Origin: Owenia fusiformis | Lineage: Eukaryota | NCBI GenBank assembly: GCA_903813345.2 | Contig: CAIIXF020000001.1 | Span: 3,286,001-3,350,000 of the forward strand | Length of the DNA: 64,000 bases | Reading direction: 5' to 3' | Made by a program: the position numbers and the translations under genes | Notes under the pieces: model-generated | Database searches by the model: none | What the model was told of the DNA's origin: nothing | Seen by the model: only the letters and a program-made list of their open reading frames with translations | Part shown: one piece after another, positions 13,506-25,707 of the stretch | Layout of the letters: each line of letters begins with the position of its first letter | Numbering within the stretch: the first letter of the stretch is position 1

Positions 13506-13992
13506 ATGGCCTAGTCACATAGCCCGGCCGATGAGGTTCCGATGAGCCAGCGATGCAATTTTCACCGAACTCGGCCGAACACCGGCCGGACACCGGCCGG
13601 ACATCCGTGGCGTTTGTTGCTTAAAACCGCATCGGTGGCAGCTCGGTGAAATTTTAACTTCGGAGTTAAATTTCACCGGGCTCTCACCGAGCTCCCTCAT
13701 CGCAGCCCCATCGTAACCACATCAGAACACACGTCGGCCGGTGCACGGCCGAGTATCGGTCGGTGTCCCGTGCATCTGAGACAACCAGAGGACGAGGTTT
13801 TTTTAACGGACACCGGCCGAGCTCCGGCCGATGTGGGACAGAGCCTTGGAAAGTATAGTACCTGAAGATGTCCGGACGGAGTCCGTTCACGTCACCGAGC
13901 TCTGCTTCCGATGAGGAGAGCTCGGTGGCACCAAAAAAATCCACCGAGCTCTACCGATGCCGGACATCGGCCGGGCTATGTGACTAGGCCAT
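13506..13992. mobile_element. GC-rich MITE with ~26-bp perfect TIRs; superfamily uncertain
   Basis: atggcctagtcacatagcccggccga ... tcggccgggctatgtgactaggccat, flanked by TA (TAA/TTA context); sharp GC contrast with the flanks; many internal ccgagctc/cggccg motifs. Confidence 0.85.
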
Positions 13993-14554
13993 TAAAAACA
14001 AATATGGAGGGATTATCATATTTGAGATGGAATCTCCAACTTGTATGAGTAACAACAAGTACAGTCAATCAATGAGTTCCCAATTGATGGTTAAGTTCAG
14101 CTTTAGCTCCCAGGTTGGTAAATGACAGGTATCTCCATAATCATTGAAAGACAACAAAAGTAGTTTATGTCACTTTTATAGTTAATTAACATAAATCAAT
14201 CATTCTATAAGCACTGTCATTTTTATTTTAAAATTACTAGTACATTACAATGTCAGCACTGAGTACTGTTGTACAATAACTAATTTCATAGGTTTTGTCA
14301 TCATTAAATGATGCTGTATTGAAGTATTGAATACACTTAATTATAACTCTTGTTTTGCCTTTTAAAAGCACTTTCAATAAAGGTGCAAGACTAAACAGAG
14401 AGTACCTTTCCTACAAATTATCACATTTTTTACAATATTTTGGGTTCACAAAATTCATCATGCTTGAGCAGCTTTATTCTAAAATATTCAATAGTTCCCA
14501 TAATATAATATATATATCTTTTATCGACTCTTTAGATGTCATATCATGACATAT

Positions 14555-14826
14555 TAGTCACTTAGGTAGAGCAGTTCTTCCCATTGTCGAGTTGAAGAAC
14601 TGGTATCTTTATCCTGGCTAGAACCATAGACAATTCTAGCCAGCGCCAGCCTTTTATCGAGTTAGCAGCACTCTAGTAATCGCCGGTATAGGTCAGCAGT
14701 CATAGGTCAAAGACAAATCACAAGAAGTGCTGTGACCTGGGTTTGAACCCAAGACCTCTACTTTTCAGCTTGAAGCCAGACTTCCTGCTTTTCAGACCAA
14801 TGCCTTAACCACTAGGCCAACCCGGC
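14555..14826 (-). mobile_element. tRNA-derived SINE (or tRNA pseudogene head with a SINE body)
   Basis: Minus strand begins GCCGGGTTGGCCTAGTGGTTAAGGC (A box) and contains GGTTCAAACCC (B box). The acceptor stem does not pair and non-tRNA body follows. The 3' boundary is approximate. Confidence 0.65.
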
Positions 14827-15199
14827 GACCACAAAAAATTATGTATTGCAAGGGAAAAATTTGCATTCTTGTTCATAAATTGTTGAAACCATCTCTGGTA
14901 TTTGCTGTAACCTTAACACATATACCTTGTAAAACGCATACTTTGACAAAAAAGTAGGCCTTTTTGACATAATTACAATCTAAAATACACCCAGGATGGC
15001 TTTTTGATTTAACATCTACATATATGAAAACATGATATTTCTATGTACACACTGGGACATCTTATTATATATGTATACTATATATGTACAGTACAGTCAA
15101 TCCACATTGAATTATCACTTTTGTCTTATTTTTATACTATATATACAAACTTGATAATGGCACACTGGTTTCTACAAACACCTATTGAATATATTAAGT

Positions 15200-15815
15200 G
15201 GTAAAGTACAGTAAAGTATAATACTGAACAGTACAGTACCATACTATTATGTGCAGTATAGTACAACACCATACAGTACTGTGTAGTACAGTATAGTAAA
15301 ATAGAGTACTTAACGGTATAGTAAAACATCATACATTACTGTGAATAATAGTACAATACCATACAGTATAGTACAATACAATACAGTACTATGCAGTATA
15401 ATACAATATCATACAGTTATGTGTAGTATAGTACAATACAGCAGTGTAGTACAACACTATACAGTACTATGCAGTATAATACAATATCATACAGTTATGT
15501 GTAGTAAAGTACAATACAGCAGTGTAGTACAACACTATACAGTACAGTATAGTACGATACCACACAATACTGTACAGTAGAGTACAATACCATACAGTAC
15601 TATGTAGTATAATACAATACTGTGCAGTATTGTAAAATATCATAAAGTACTATGAAGTACAAAATAGTACAATACCATACAATACTGTGCAGTATAGTGC
15701 AATATCATACAGTACTGTATATAGTAAAACACCATACAATACTTTGCAGTATAGTATAATACAATACCATAGAGTACCGTACAGTATAGTTAGTACAGTA
15801 TAGTATAGTACACTA
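15200..15815. repeat. Degenerate low-complexity tandem repeat (tacag/tatag/tacaa pentamer-based)
   Basis: Repeated catacagtactatgcagtatagtacaatac variants. Confidence 0.85.
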
Positions 15816-16632
15816 CTACCTAAAATATGAATTTGCCATCAACTAGATAAATGGCAATATGAAAGCACCAGAGAAAATGAAAGAACGTTTTGACAGTTTG
15901 ACATGCAATTTAAATGAAAGAAATATAAAATATGTTTATATACAAACACTGAATGTAAATAATAAAATTACAATTCCATGCTATATCCCATAAAAAGTAA
16001 AATTCCAATAAAAGTCATTTAGTTCATTCCTTGTACACGTTGTAGATAAATATCTTATAAAATTCTGTATGAGGAAGATTTGTATTTAAATGAGTTATTA
16101 CATTCTTCCAAGCATAACTGAATAAATAAATTATATAATGATCCAATACTGGTATTCTAGATTTTTTCTGACCAAAAATGTACAAAACTGTACTTGATTG
16201 ACTTAACCTTCTGTTAATATCTAATAAAATAGGCAAACTTAGTTGCATATTTTCCAAATGGGCATGAAATAACAATTTTTTAATTCACATACCCATCTCA
16301 ATGACAATTTAATCTATTCTGACTTTGCATTGTTTTTACAGTATATGCACAAAATATGATAATGAACTGAGATGTACATGAAAAATAGTATGGCTGAATA
16401 ACTCCACCTTTCCCATGCCTGCTGCTACAAAGAGCTCATCATGTCACATGTGTAATTTTTAGTTCATTTTTTGTCCCATTCAAAATTTCAATTGTAATTG
16501 AGAATACATGAAGTGTATAATTATTCAATGCCAATAATAGTATACAATCTTTTGCAAATAAAATTACCCCCAAAATTCAGACATCATTTCAGACATTCCA
16601 CCCATAACCATGAAATAGTATAATTAATCTAA

Positions 16633-17291
16633 TTACAAAATATGCATACTTTGTTTTTCTCCCATCAATCCATCAATATATCCCGTGATTGGATCAATGT
16701 AGTGATGTTCCACTACAGGCTTCATATGTTCATTCATTACAGGCCTCATATGTTCATTTACAGGCCTAATATGTTCACTTACAGGCTTTAAATGTTCACT
16801 TACAGTTACATCATTCATTTCATCAACATTTAGATTCAATAACCTATCAACTTCTTGATTAAGAGCTTTAAGGTCCATTGTCTTTACCCATTTGATTTCC
16901 ATACCTTTGTGCCGATTTCTGCAGTGTTTACGACAATTTCCCCCAGTTTTACATGTAAAATTACAATAGAAACACTTGTAAGGACGAGCCTCTTTATGGA
17001 CATGCATTACACGAATATGAGTTTTCAAATGACTTAGAACACTTGCTTTTAAGCCACATATGGGGCATTGCAAAGTTTTCTCTTTGTGAATCCACTTGAT
17101 GTGTCCTTTAAGATTGTGATCAGAGCTGAATGCCATGCCACAAGCATCACAGACATGTTCTTTAATACCAAGATGACTGTCCATATGCTCCTTGAATCGC
17201 CGCTTTCTCTCTGTAGCGTATTTACATAAGTTACATTCGTACACGATTTGGGTCTCCTTGAGCTTAATGCGATGTTTTGCAAACATATGAT
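16633..17291 (-). CDS. BTB-ZF alternative terminal exon T3
   Basis: Acceptor ttttgcAG|ATCAT, phase 1: (N)HMFAKHRIKLKETQIVYECNLC... with 4 fingers and a PV(S/N)EH repeat tail; stop at 16633. Confidence 0.85.
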
Positions 17292-20200
17292 CTGCAAAAT
17301 GGAGATAAACATGATTTATATATAATAATTATCATAAAGATTAACAAGAGCATCTCCATTCTGCAGAAGTCATAATGTTCCTAAAATGTGCACCATTATA
17401 TTTTTATTCTGTCCCATGATACACATTATGCTCAGTACTCCAGAAGATGATTTTTGTTGAAAATTTTGTTGAAAAAGAAAGAAAACTTGATAAAATTTAT
17501 AACAATCTCTAGTGTCTTTAAAATATTGTCATGGGAAAAAATAAATATACAATGTTTATGCCAAATGTGTAAGTTACAGCGCATGAAAATTCTCAATCTA
17601 AAGCCCATTGCATCCATTGGAGGCTATAAATAAATATAGGGAATTACAACCTTTAGTCCTTCAGCCCACATTCAATAGAAATTCTCAACATTAAAATATA
17701 TAATCACCTAGCTACATCGCAATATTACTACCTGGTAGTTACAGTAAAATAACATCACCGGGCGACAGGAAAATAATATCACCTACTATTCATTGGTAAT
17801 TTCACTTTTGGTGAGATTCACGGCAGTTGTTTGCAACATTTGTGGTTCTTCTATGGGGTCAACTTTGACCCATTTGACTTTGAGACCCTTGTGTTTAATA
17901 TGGCTGTGATTGGCTATATTGTTGCTAAGTGCACATCGATGGTCACAATAGAAACATTTGTAAGGTTTAACACCTTTATGAGTGTGTTGCAAGCGTATGT
18001 GCTTTTTCATATATTTCGGGTCAGCTGCCATGTGGTTACAATAGAGACATTTTATATCTTTTTCACCGTGAACTCGCCGAACATGTTTTTTGAGTTCAGC
18101 ACCTTCTATGAACATTTTCCCACATATTGAGCAAATATGGTCTCTTTCATTTGTGTGATATTTCACATGACGCTTTAAACGTGACGTCAAATCAGTCACA
18201 TATGTACAATGGGGGCACTTGAAAACATGGTGCTTCTTGCGTGTTGTTTCACCATGTAATGCAAACATGTGACCTGCAATGAAAGGAAAGTGGTACTTTG
18301 TTATTCATTCTGTAATGCATGACTGTAGTACAGGCATGAAGGGAAACAATTTAATCTCATAGCATTTGAACATAAGTACCACTTCCCTTTTATTGCAGTT
18401 TATGTCTTAGTTATCATGTTCAGTGACCTGTTTCCTATCATACCTCAAATACAGTCCTCATTGTTGCTTTATTTATTACGTATATTACATCCAACAGGAA
18501 ATATTTTACAGCAAAATCTGTATAACACAAACTTTAAAAATCTCAATGATGTTGGTGTTTTGAAATACACCTGTGCTGTCGACAGTGGGCTTACAAACAT
18601 AACCACTGAATGAAATAAACAGATTACAGGGGTTTTACCACCAGAGCTATGATTTACAGATTTTACAGTATATCGTTAAAACCATGCACTCTCAATGAAC
18701 AGACGAACACATCTTAGTTTAAATGTATACTATTATTATTAGTATTCTTTCGTTTTATACACAACTATTAAAACATGACATGAATCAAAACAAGGAAGAA
18801 TGGTAATATGCGACTCCTAATTTATTAACACATAAGTCAATCATGTTTTATGCCAAGAATGGGGCCTTTGCATATAGTGCCAGTTTGAGCCCGACATGCC
18901 AGGGGCTTGCAATGGAGGTGATGGGATTCTATTGGTGCTCGCAAGTGAAGGATCATCATCATGAGTTATAACTGATGGTTTCTCGGCCGAGAATGAATCA
19001 CCAACTTTTAAACCAATACTGTCAATAGCCATCGTCATATTTTCTTGATTCTTTTGAATATCATTGCCCTTAACCATTGATTTAACTTCATTGTCTTCTT
19101 CCCCAATAGGGAATATTGATGACCTTCCACCCGAGAATGATCCACTTGGCTTAATAACAATACTACTTTCAAGACTTTCTTGAGTTTTGTCTGTGATTTT
19201 GATCCACCTAACCTCTTCATTTTTGTGGCGATTCATGCAATGTTTGCGACAATTCCCAGATGTTGCACATACAAAATTACAATAAAAACACTTATATGGT
19301 TTGTGATTTCTATGAGTGTGCATGATTTTGACATGGTCTTTCAAATGGGTAGTATCATTGGTCACATAATTGCAAAAGTCACAAGTCAGGTTTTTTGGGG
19401 TATGTTTCCATTTTTTATGCTTTCGAAGGGTACGTATTGATATGAACATTTGTCCACAGATATCACAGCTGTACTCTTTGATGCCTCTGTGAGACCTTTG
19501 GTGGTCCTCAAACCTCTGTCGGCGTTCACACGCAAATCCGCAAATCTCACACTCGAAAATAATCATAGTTTGACTCAAAACAATATGGTGAAGAGCAAAC
19601 ATGTGACCTGGAATTTCAAACAAGTTACAATCATTAATACAACGGAGTTTTTATCACTCTGAGCTTCATCTGAAAAATAAAATCTACAAATAAAAGAAAT
19701 CTTAAAAATGAAGAAATATGTGTATGTCTCATCAGTCTCCTCAAAAAAGTGTGAGTTTTTGGTAACCTTGGTAAATGTTCAGTAGTAATGACTAATTCAA
19801 GAGATACTTAAAGGCCCCAGGTAAAATTTACTCCAAAGTATAACATACAGGGTGTCAAATAAGTCCTGTCCCCCATGCTACAGCTTAAACCTTAATAGAT
19901 GGTACCTAGTGTGATATACCATTGGAAAGATCATCCAAAGTTATGTAAAATTACCAACTCTCAAGTATTTTGGATGAAATTCACCTATATTTTCATGATG
20001 TCCTTCATAGTGAGTGTACCCTCAGCTTTTATTGCGTCAAAATGAGAAGGATATGACCTCATAAATATGTCAAAAAGTTAACCTTTTTCGCATTCCACCT
20101 GTTACAAAAAGGTTTTCACCACTTTCCTTGCACCTCTGTTTTCTACACATCTAGCCCTATCCAGAAATAGGTTTAATTTATTGCCATTTACATATGTTGT

Positions 20201-23200
20201 CATCCTTAGGTCCTTTGACTTTTATTATACCCGATTGTTATAATCCTGCCAAATACACCAATTTGCCATGTTTTGAGGCCTATTGACCACAATTTATAAA
20301 ATGTAAAAATTGTGATATTGATTGACATGTATCAGATTTACACCAATCAACGTAGGTTTTGGCTGTAGAGGGGGGGACTTATTTGACACCTTAAAATTGT
20401 ACATCCTAAAATTTACTCCAAACCATGACATTTATTCCTAATTTATATTTTAAGAAAAGATATCAAAGCTTATCCTCATAACACCAATTTTTTTAATGAA
20501 AACAGCAGTTAACTATATTCTGATTTGTGAATAGATAAAGATGAAAAGAAATAGAGGTCATTTTTGCAACTATTACCAGAGAAGGAGACAGTTTTTAGAT
20601 AGGCCTAATAGAGATTATTTCCCTGGCAAAACAGTGTACTTCAGTCCTTTTCAAGCAAAATTCTCTTTAAGCAGATAATTAATTAATCCCCAGGGGCCTT
20701 AATAAGTGGATCACCACCTACTATTAATGTCCAAACAAAAACTTACTCTGGTAGTTTCCCTTGTCTGCTGTAGCATAGCCACAATGTGAGCAGACATGTG
20801 TTTTGGCCCCATGACGTGCCATGTGAGTCTTCAGTTCAGCTTCCTCCCCATAGGATGCCCCACATTGGTCACACATATATGGGCGAATGCCACGATGGAT
20901 TTTGTTCATATGCTTCTCGAGATATCTACAACATTTAAACAGAATATGTTGCCAAAAATTTCAAATACATGGATACCAACATTACTTAATTTTTTACTAA
21001 CAAATTTAACTGTTTAAAATACAGTACAGTAGAACCGGTGTAAGTGGAACACCCTTGGGACAAAAAAAGTGTTCCACTTGGGAGGTGTTCCACTTATAGA
21101 GGCTCATTAACATGGAGCAGATAGGCCATGGGACTTTAAAACACTGTTTCACTTGTGAAGTGTTCCACTTATAGAGGTGTTCCACTTAGCAGGGTCTACT
21201 GTACTTTAATGCATTAAATAATCTTCAAGATCCACCTATTACTTTATTCTCTTGTTTTTACAGTATAAGCTTAATATCTGGGTATAATTGATCATTTTAT
21301 TTATAAGATAGACTTACAGTTCTGTCTTTAATTTTTTTCCACACTCTAAGCAAGTGAACATTTTTCCAGGCATGTGTTTCTGAGCATGCTTCTTCAATGT
21401 ATACTTCTGGGGAGTCTTATAGTTGCAACCAGGTTCAGGACACTCAAATACCTATAAGACAATACAATACAATTTGGGATAAGAAACAAAGAACACTGAT
21501 TTTTTAAAATGGTTTTCAGAATACTGTTGATATTGAGAAATTGGTATTTTTATAAGACTTTAGTATAGTACATGGATAGAGCTTAGAACAATGACCAAAA
21601 TATATTAAAAGAGAAAAAATTATAAACATGTGAGAAATTTTAAGTCTCCTCCTCAACAGGGAGGTTTGATTTAAGTTGAAGCAATAAATATAAGTTACCT
21701 GTAAATCTTCCGATTCTATACCATGTAAGGAGAACTCATGGTGTTTAACATGGTATTTACTGGAGAATGTCTTGTTGCACATTGTACAGGAGTAGGCCTT
21801 CATTCGAATCTGATGTTTACGTGTCATGTGATTCGTTACTTGGGACTCTAAACAGCTGGTGTAAGGACACCTCTGGCAGCTGTGCATCACATCTGGATGA
21901 CAGTCTTTATAATGTTCCTTGAGGTTTGTTTTCCCGATGCATTCAAATACACAGCCAGCTTCTTCACATTTCTGTCCTCCTGATATCCCGTTAAAGTCCA
22001 CGCCATGAATTTCCCTACGATGTACCCCTAAATGCTGTCTCTTGAGGAATGTTTTGGGGCAATCGTTGCATTTATATGGTTTTTCTGTTCCATCATAAGC
22101 AGGGATCTGGGCAATTCCATGATTCGCTGCTAAGTGAGAACGCAACTTTGTTCGTTTTGTGAACAATTCATGGCACTCTGTACACACAAAAGGTGTCTTG
22201 AAATGTTGGTTTACCTTTTCTGACCATTTATCAGCCAAATTATCTGGAACGTAATGTATACCTTTCATATGATCCTTCATATATTTCTTGTCACTGAATG
22301 ACTTTTTGCAATATTTACATGGGAATGGTTTTAGCATAATTTCAGAGTGTCTTTGTGAAATGTGTACTGCCAGGACTTTTTCATTTAGGGTTCTATGTGG
22401 ACAAAAGTAACATTTGTAGTAGTGGGGTTTACTCCTCTTCCTCCCCCGTTCTCTCCTCGTTCTAGATTTCTTCGGAATCTCCTTGTGCTTTAAATGCTCA
22501 TGTACTTTCAGGTGAAAGAAGCTCATAAAGGTTGGGAGTTTGGGACATTTTGTACATTTCACAAGGCGTCTGTGCACCTTAGTACAATGTTGTTTGAGGG
22601 ACGTGTGGTATGCGAATGCACCAAGGCAGATATTGCACTTTGGTGGTGGGCCTTCACTGACTGCAAGAGCTACTTGCGTCTGTCTCAGAGCCCTGGCTAA
22701 TAACAACCTACACCTGACACTCTGCCTGTAGACAAACTTGTGTTCTTGCTGGATGTGAAGTTTCACTGTGGCAGCGTGTGGGAACCCTTTATCGCAGTAG
22801 CTACACATGAATGGTCGAGGAAGGGGTTTAGGTTTTAGAAACTGAATTTGCGGGAGTTTGTCCCATTGTTTATATTTAGGCTTTATATTCTCATCTAATT
22901 TCTTTATCTTGATTTTGAGGGTTTTCAGCTTTGGCTTAGCTTTTGATGAACCTTTTGATTTCTTCCCTGTATAATGAGACACCATTTCAAATTCTGCTTG
23001 TTGGTCAACCTTCCTTGGACGACCACGCTTCCGTTTGGATTTGACTGGCTCGACAGGGGTCAAATCAGAAAGGGGCATCCAATCATTGTCACTAAAGTGA
23101 TCCTGCTCATTGTAAGTATCATTCATATCTGGTTCTGCCTCACTGAACACCTCTTGCTTGATGGCAATTTTTGATTTCGGGGTAAGGTCACTTCTTGGGG

Positions 23201-24324
23201 GGTGTGAGGATTGGGGACTTGATGGTTGGGGCTGCCCACTAAAAGGGATGGAAGGATATTCTTGGGTGGTCTGTGTAGAGGCAACTGACATCTCTATTAT
23301 CTTGGCTATTGAAGACTTTCTCTAAAATAAAAAAGTAATAATAATTTTTCAAATTGATTTTTCGAGATACTCAACACTGGGAGCATATTTATTTACACTT
23401 TTGGTGCAGGGTAAATTCAAATATTCTTCTAAACAGAATGCGAAAATTGCTTCAGTGCGAGGAATTCTATTTATATATCTGTTATTCATTTCATCATCAA
23501 CTATGTTAAATATATATCTGATTTTAATATGAAATGAATTCAGAAATGCATTAAAATGAATGTAATACCTGCTCTACATCACTAACAGCAGCACTCTCAG
23601 TCAGGACAGCTTGTTGTGGGAAGACAGGGCCTTCAGTTGTCTTACGAACATACTCCTCACATAGCTTCTTAGCAGCCTGAATGTCCAGTTGTTCAGCTGT
23701 GTTCTTCACTCCCCATACATTAGACTTGTTAAGCATCATTGAGCCAGTGTAGAGGAAATCCAAGAGCTGGTTAACATGGGTTGGGTTGAGGCCTAAGGGG
23801 AAATAAAAATCAATACATAAGTGATATTTTATACATGTATTATGTATAGACCATAGAGTGTGAATATGCAATTTTCTCATCACTTTCTCAAAAATGTTGA
23901 CATGTTTTATTGTAGCATTTAAAAATGTATCCAGTGAAAAACATTGTCTTTGAGAGTAAATATTTAGTCAATTGCTTTGCAAAAATATTCATTTTTATAG
24001 ACAGTACTTACTCATCCCTCAACAAAAATTTACTTTATTTTCACACAGGTGTTGACAATATTGGACAGCCCCCTTCCCCATAATCCTTTTAATTTTGTAT
24101 TCTTTACCTGGCAAATCATATCTGTTGACGAAGAGCATGCCTTGATCAAGAAGTGTTTTGAAATAACCAGACCCACTGACTAGCATTACTTTGTGCAGAT
24201 GGAATTCCACATAGCCACCAATTACAAGCGTGATGTCACAAAGAAGTTGACGCTTGTACAGGCTGTTCACTACAGGGAGCAACTCTGTTGGGAAGTCTGA
24301 TGATGTCATTAACTGCTCATCCAT
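16633..24324 (-). CDS. BTB/POZ + AT-hook + multi-C2H2 zinc-finger protein (ZBTB-like). Constant exons 24324-24108, 23792-23569, 23321-21699, 21451-21318, 20925-20747, then one of three alternative terminal exons
   Basis: BTB motifs LCDITLVIGG..FHLHKVMLVSGSGYF and LLDFLYTGSM..AEQLDI; AT-hook KRKRGRPRK; more than 10 C2H2 fingers. All introns are GT-AG with consistent phases (1,0,0,2,1). Confidence 0.9.
17786..18273 (-). CDS. BTB-ZF alternative terminal exon T2
   Basis: Acceptor ttgcAG|GTCAC, phase 1: (S)HMFALHGETTRKKHHVFKCPHC... with 4 fingers; stop at 17786; AATAAA at 17408-17403. Confidence 0.85.
18841..19607 (-). CDS. BTB-ZF alternative terminal exon T1 (completes the split finger, adds 4 C2H2 fingers and a ~110-aa tail)
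   Basis: Acceptor ttccAG|GTCAC, phase 1: (S)HMFALHHIVLSQTMIIFECEIC...; stop at 18841; AATAAA at 18826-18821. Confidence 0.85.
19848..20390. mobile_element. Degenerate Tc1/mariner-type MITE in the intron before T1
   Basis: (ta)cagggtgtcaaataagtcc...cccc versus ggggggacttatttgacacc. Confidence 0.55.
21027..21201. mobile_element. pogo/Tigger-like MITE; relatives at 62286-63143 and 38255-38315
   Basis: TA|CAGTAGAACC...GGTCTACTG|TA with repeated gtgttccactt motifs. Confidence 0.8.
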
Positions 24325-24945
24325 TGTGATTTTTTAATATTCTCACAGCAATCTGGAATAAGAATTATACTTCATATTATGGTCATGTCAAGAAACAAGT
24401 GTGTAAATCTATTACATATACAACATGTTATGCCTGGGTCACATTTGCTCCGATCCATCTGCCAGCGCCTGGCCGATTGAGTGTTTTGTTCAATATTGTA
24501 TTCAATCTTGAACAAAATACTCAATCAGCCGGGCGCCATAGTGAAAATCGGAGCAAATGTTACCAAGATATTAACAAGCAACTCAAGTAGCTTTAATCAG
24601 CCAATCTGTATTGCTAATGAGTTTGCCCCCATTGCTCATCTCCTTAGCGAGACGGAAAATATTGGTACGGAGGGGACAGTATCAGCAGCAATACTGAGAA
24701 TACAGAATATTTCCTCTTAGGAATGATCTCCCAGGTAAAATGTATTGACCTAAGATCATATGATAAAAATGTTATAGAATGATCTGTACTCTGTAGTGCA
24801 ATACAGGATGTATTCTGCTCTCGATATTCTCAATTTCGTCTCGTTCCAATACAGAATTTCTTCAAATTATCAAACAAATTATTCAATAAGGTATGATTGG
24901 CAGTCGTATGTCTATGTCAATAATCTGCAAAATGCTAATAAGCCC

Positions 24946-25700
24946 CAGGCGCGTATCGTGGTCATTTTGCAAGGGTACGCCCCCGTATGTGGATGAATAA
25001 TGTGTGAAGATGAATGCGATTTTTGGCGTATGATTTTTTGGCCAAACACCCTCAATGAGAGTTTGTTTTCTCTCTACAGAAGTAATACACTCCCTTAATG
25101 AATTTGCATCGATAATGTTGTCATAGCTGGGGCCATTTCTGCAATAGACGTGGTATTAATTGATTAGTAACCCGTGAATTACAGGCCCCCAAAAATAAAA
25201 ACACTACACCAGACGAAAATAGAGAAAGTCGTCTGCACAAGGTCGTGCGAATTTGGAAATGCTCCACACATAAGGGCTTTATTGGCTTAATCAATGTAGT
25301 TAAAGCTAAATCCACTTATCGTATGGTTTAAATGATTAAATTACTTCTTACATTCAATAATGTCAAGTGATACTCAGGTTAAAACGTACTGAATTTGCTG
25401 ATTTTGAGCGTGTACTCTACCGGGATTCGCCATCATACCCCATACGGCCTTGAAGAAGCGTACAAGAATGACGCAACTCTTTGAATCACGAAAAAATTCG
25501 AATCTTTGAATCACGAAAACAGTGAATGACAATGAGGAAATCGAGAACTTATTCAGTGTTAATACACTTGTACAACAAAGGTTTACACATCATCAAAGAA
25601 AATAACAGTAAAATACTGAATTTCATGTTTTTTCAAAATATTTTTTCAAATTCAAACAGTACGCCTGGGCGTATTTTGCGTACATGACGATACGCGCCTG
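24946..25700. mobile_element. Non-autonomous DNA transposon with CAG...CTG termini and an apparent 5-bp TSD (agccc); hAT-like
   Basis: CAGGCGCGTATCGT ... ACGATACGCGCCTG, flanked by agccc at 24941-45 and 25701-05. Confidence 0.7.
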
Positions 25701-25707
25701 AGCCCAT

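Noticed and set aside
13515-13944. GC-rich ORFs suggesting a horizontally acquired gene
   Set aside because: They lie wholly within a TIR-bounded MITE and show no recognisable domain.
14725-14826. Functional tRNA gene (GAA anticodon-like loop)
   Set aside because: Acceptor and anticodon stems do not pair and a non-tRNA body follows; treated as a SINE.
15132-15580. Tyr/Val/Gln-rich ORFs
   Set aside because: Products of a low-complexity tandem repeat.
12600-16600. Search for a fourth zinc-finger terminal exon
   Set aside because: No further C2H2-coding frame or HMFxxH-type exon start found downstream of T3.
16633-19623. Reading the three ZF ORFs as three independent single-exon genes
   Set aside because: Each begins with the second half of a finger directly after a phase-1 acceptor matching the upstream donor; the 'start' Met is internal to HMFxxH.
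19608-19680. Stronger-looking upstream acceptor (tttttcag at ~19670) for T1
   Set aside because: It would add 62 nt and put T1 out of frame.
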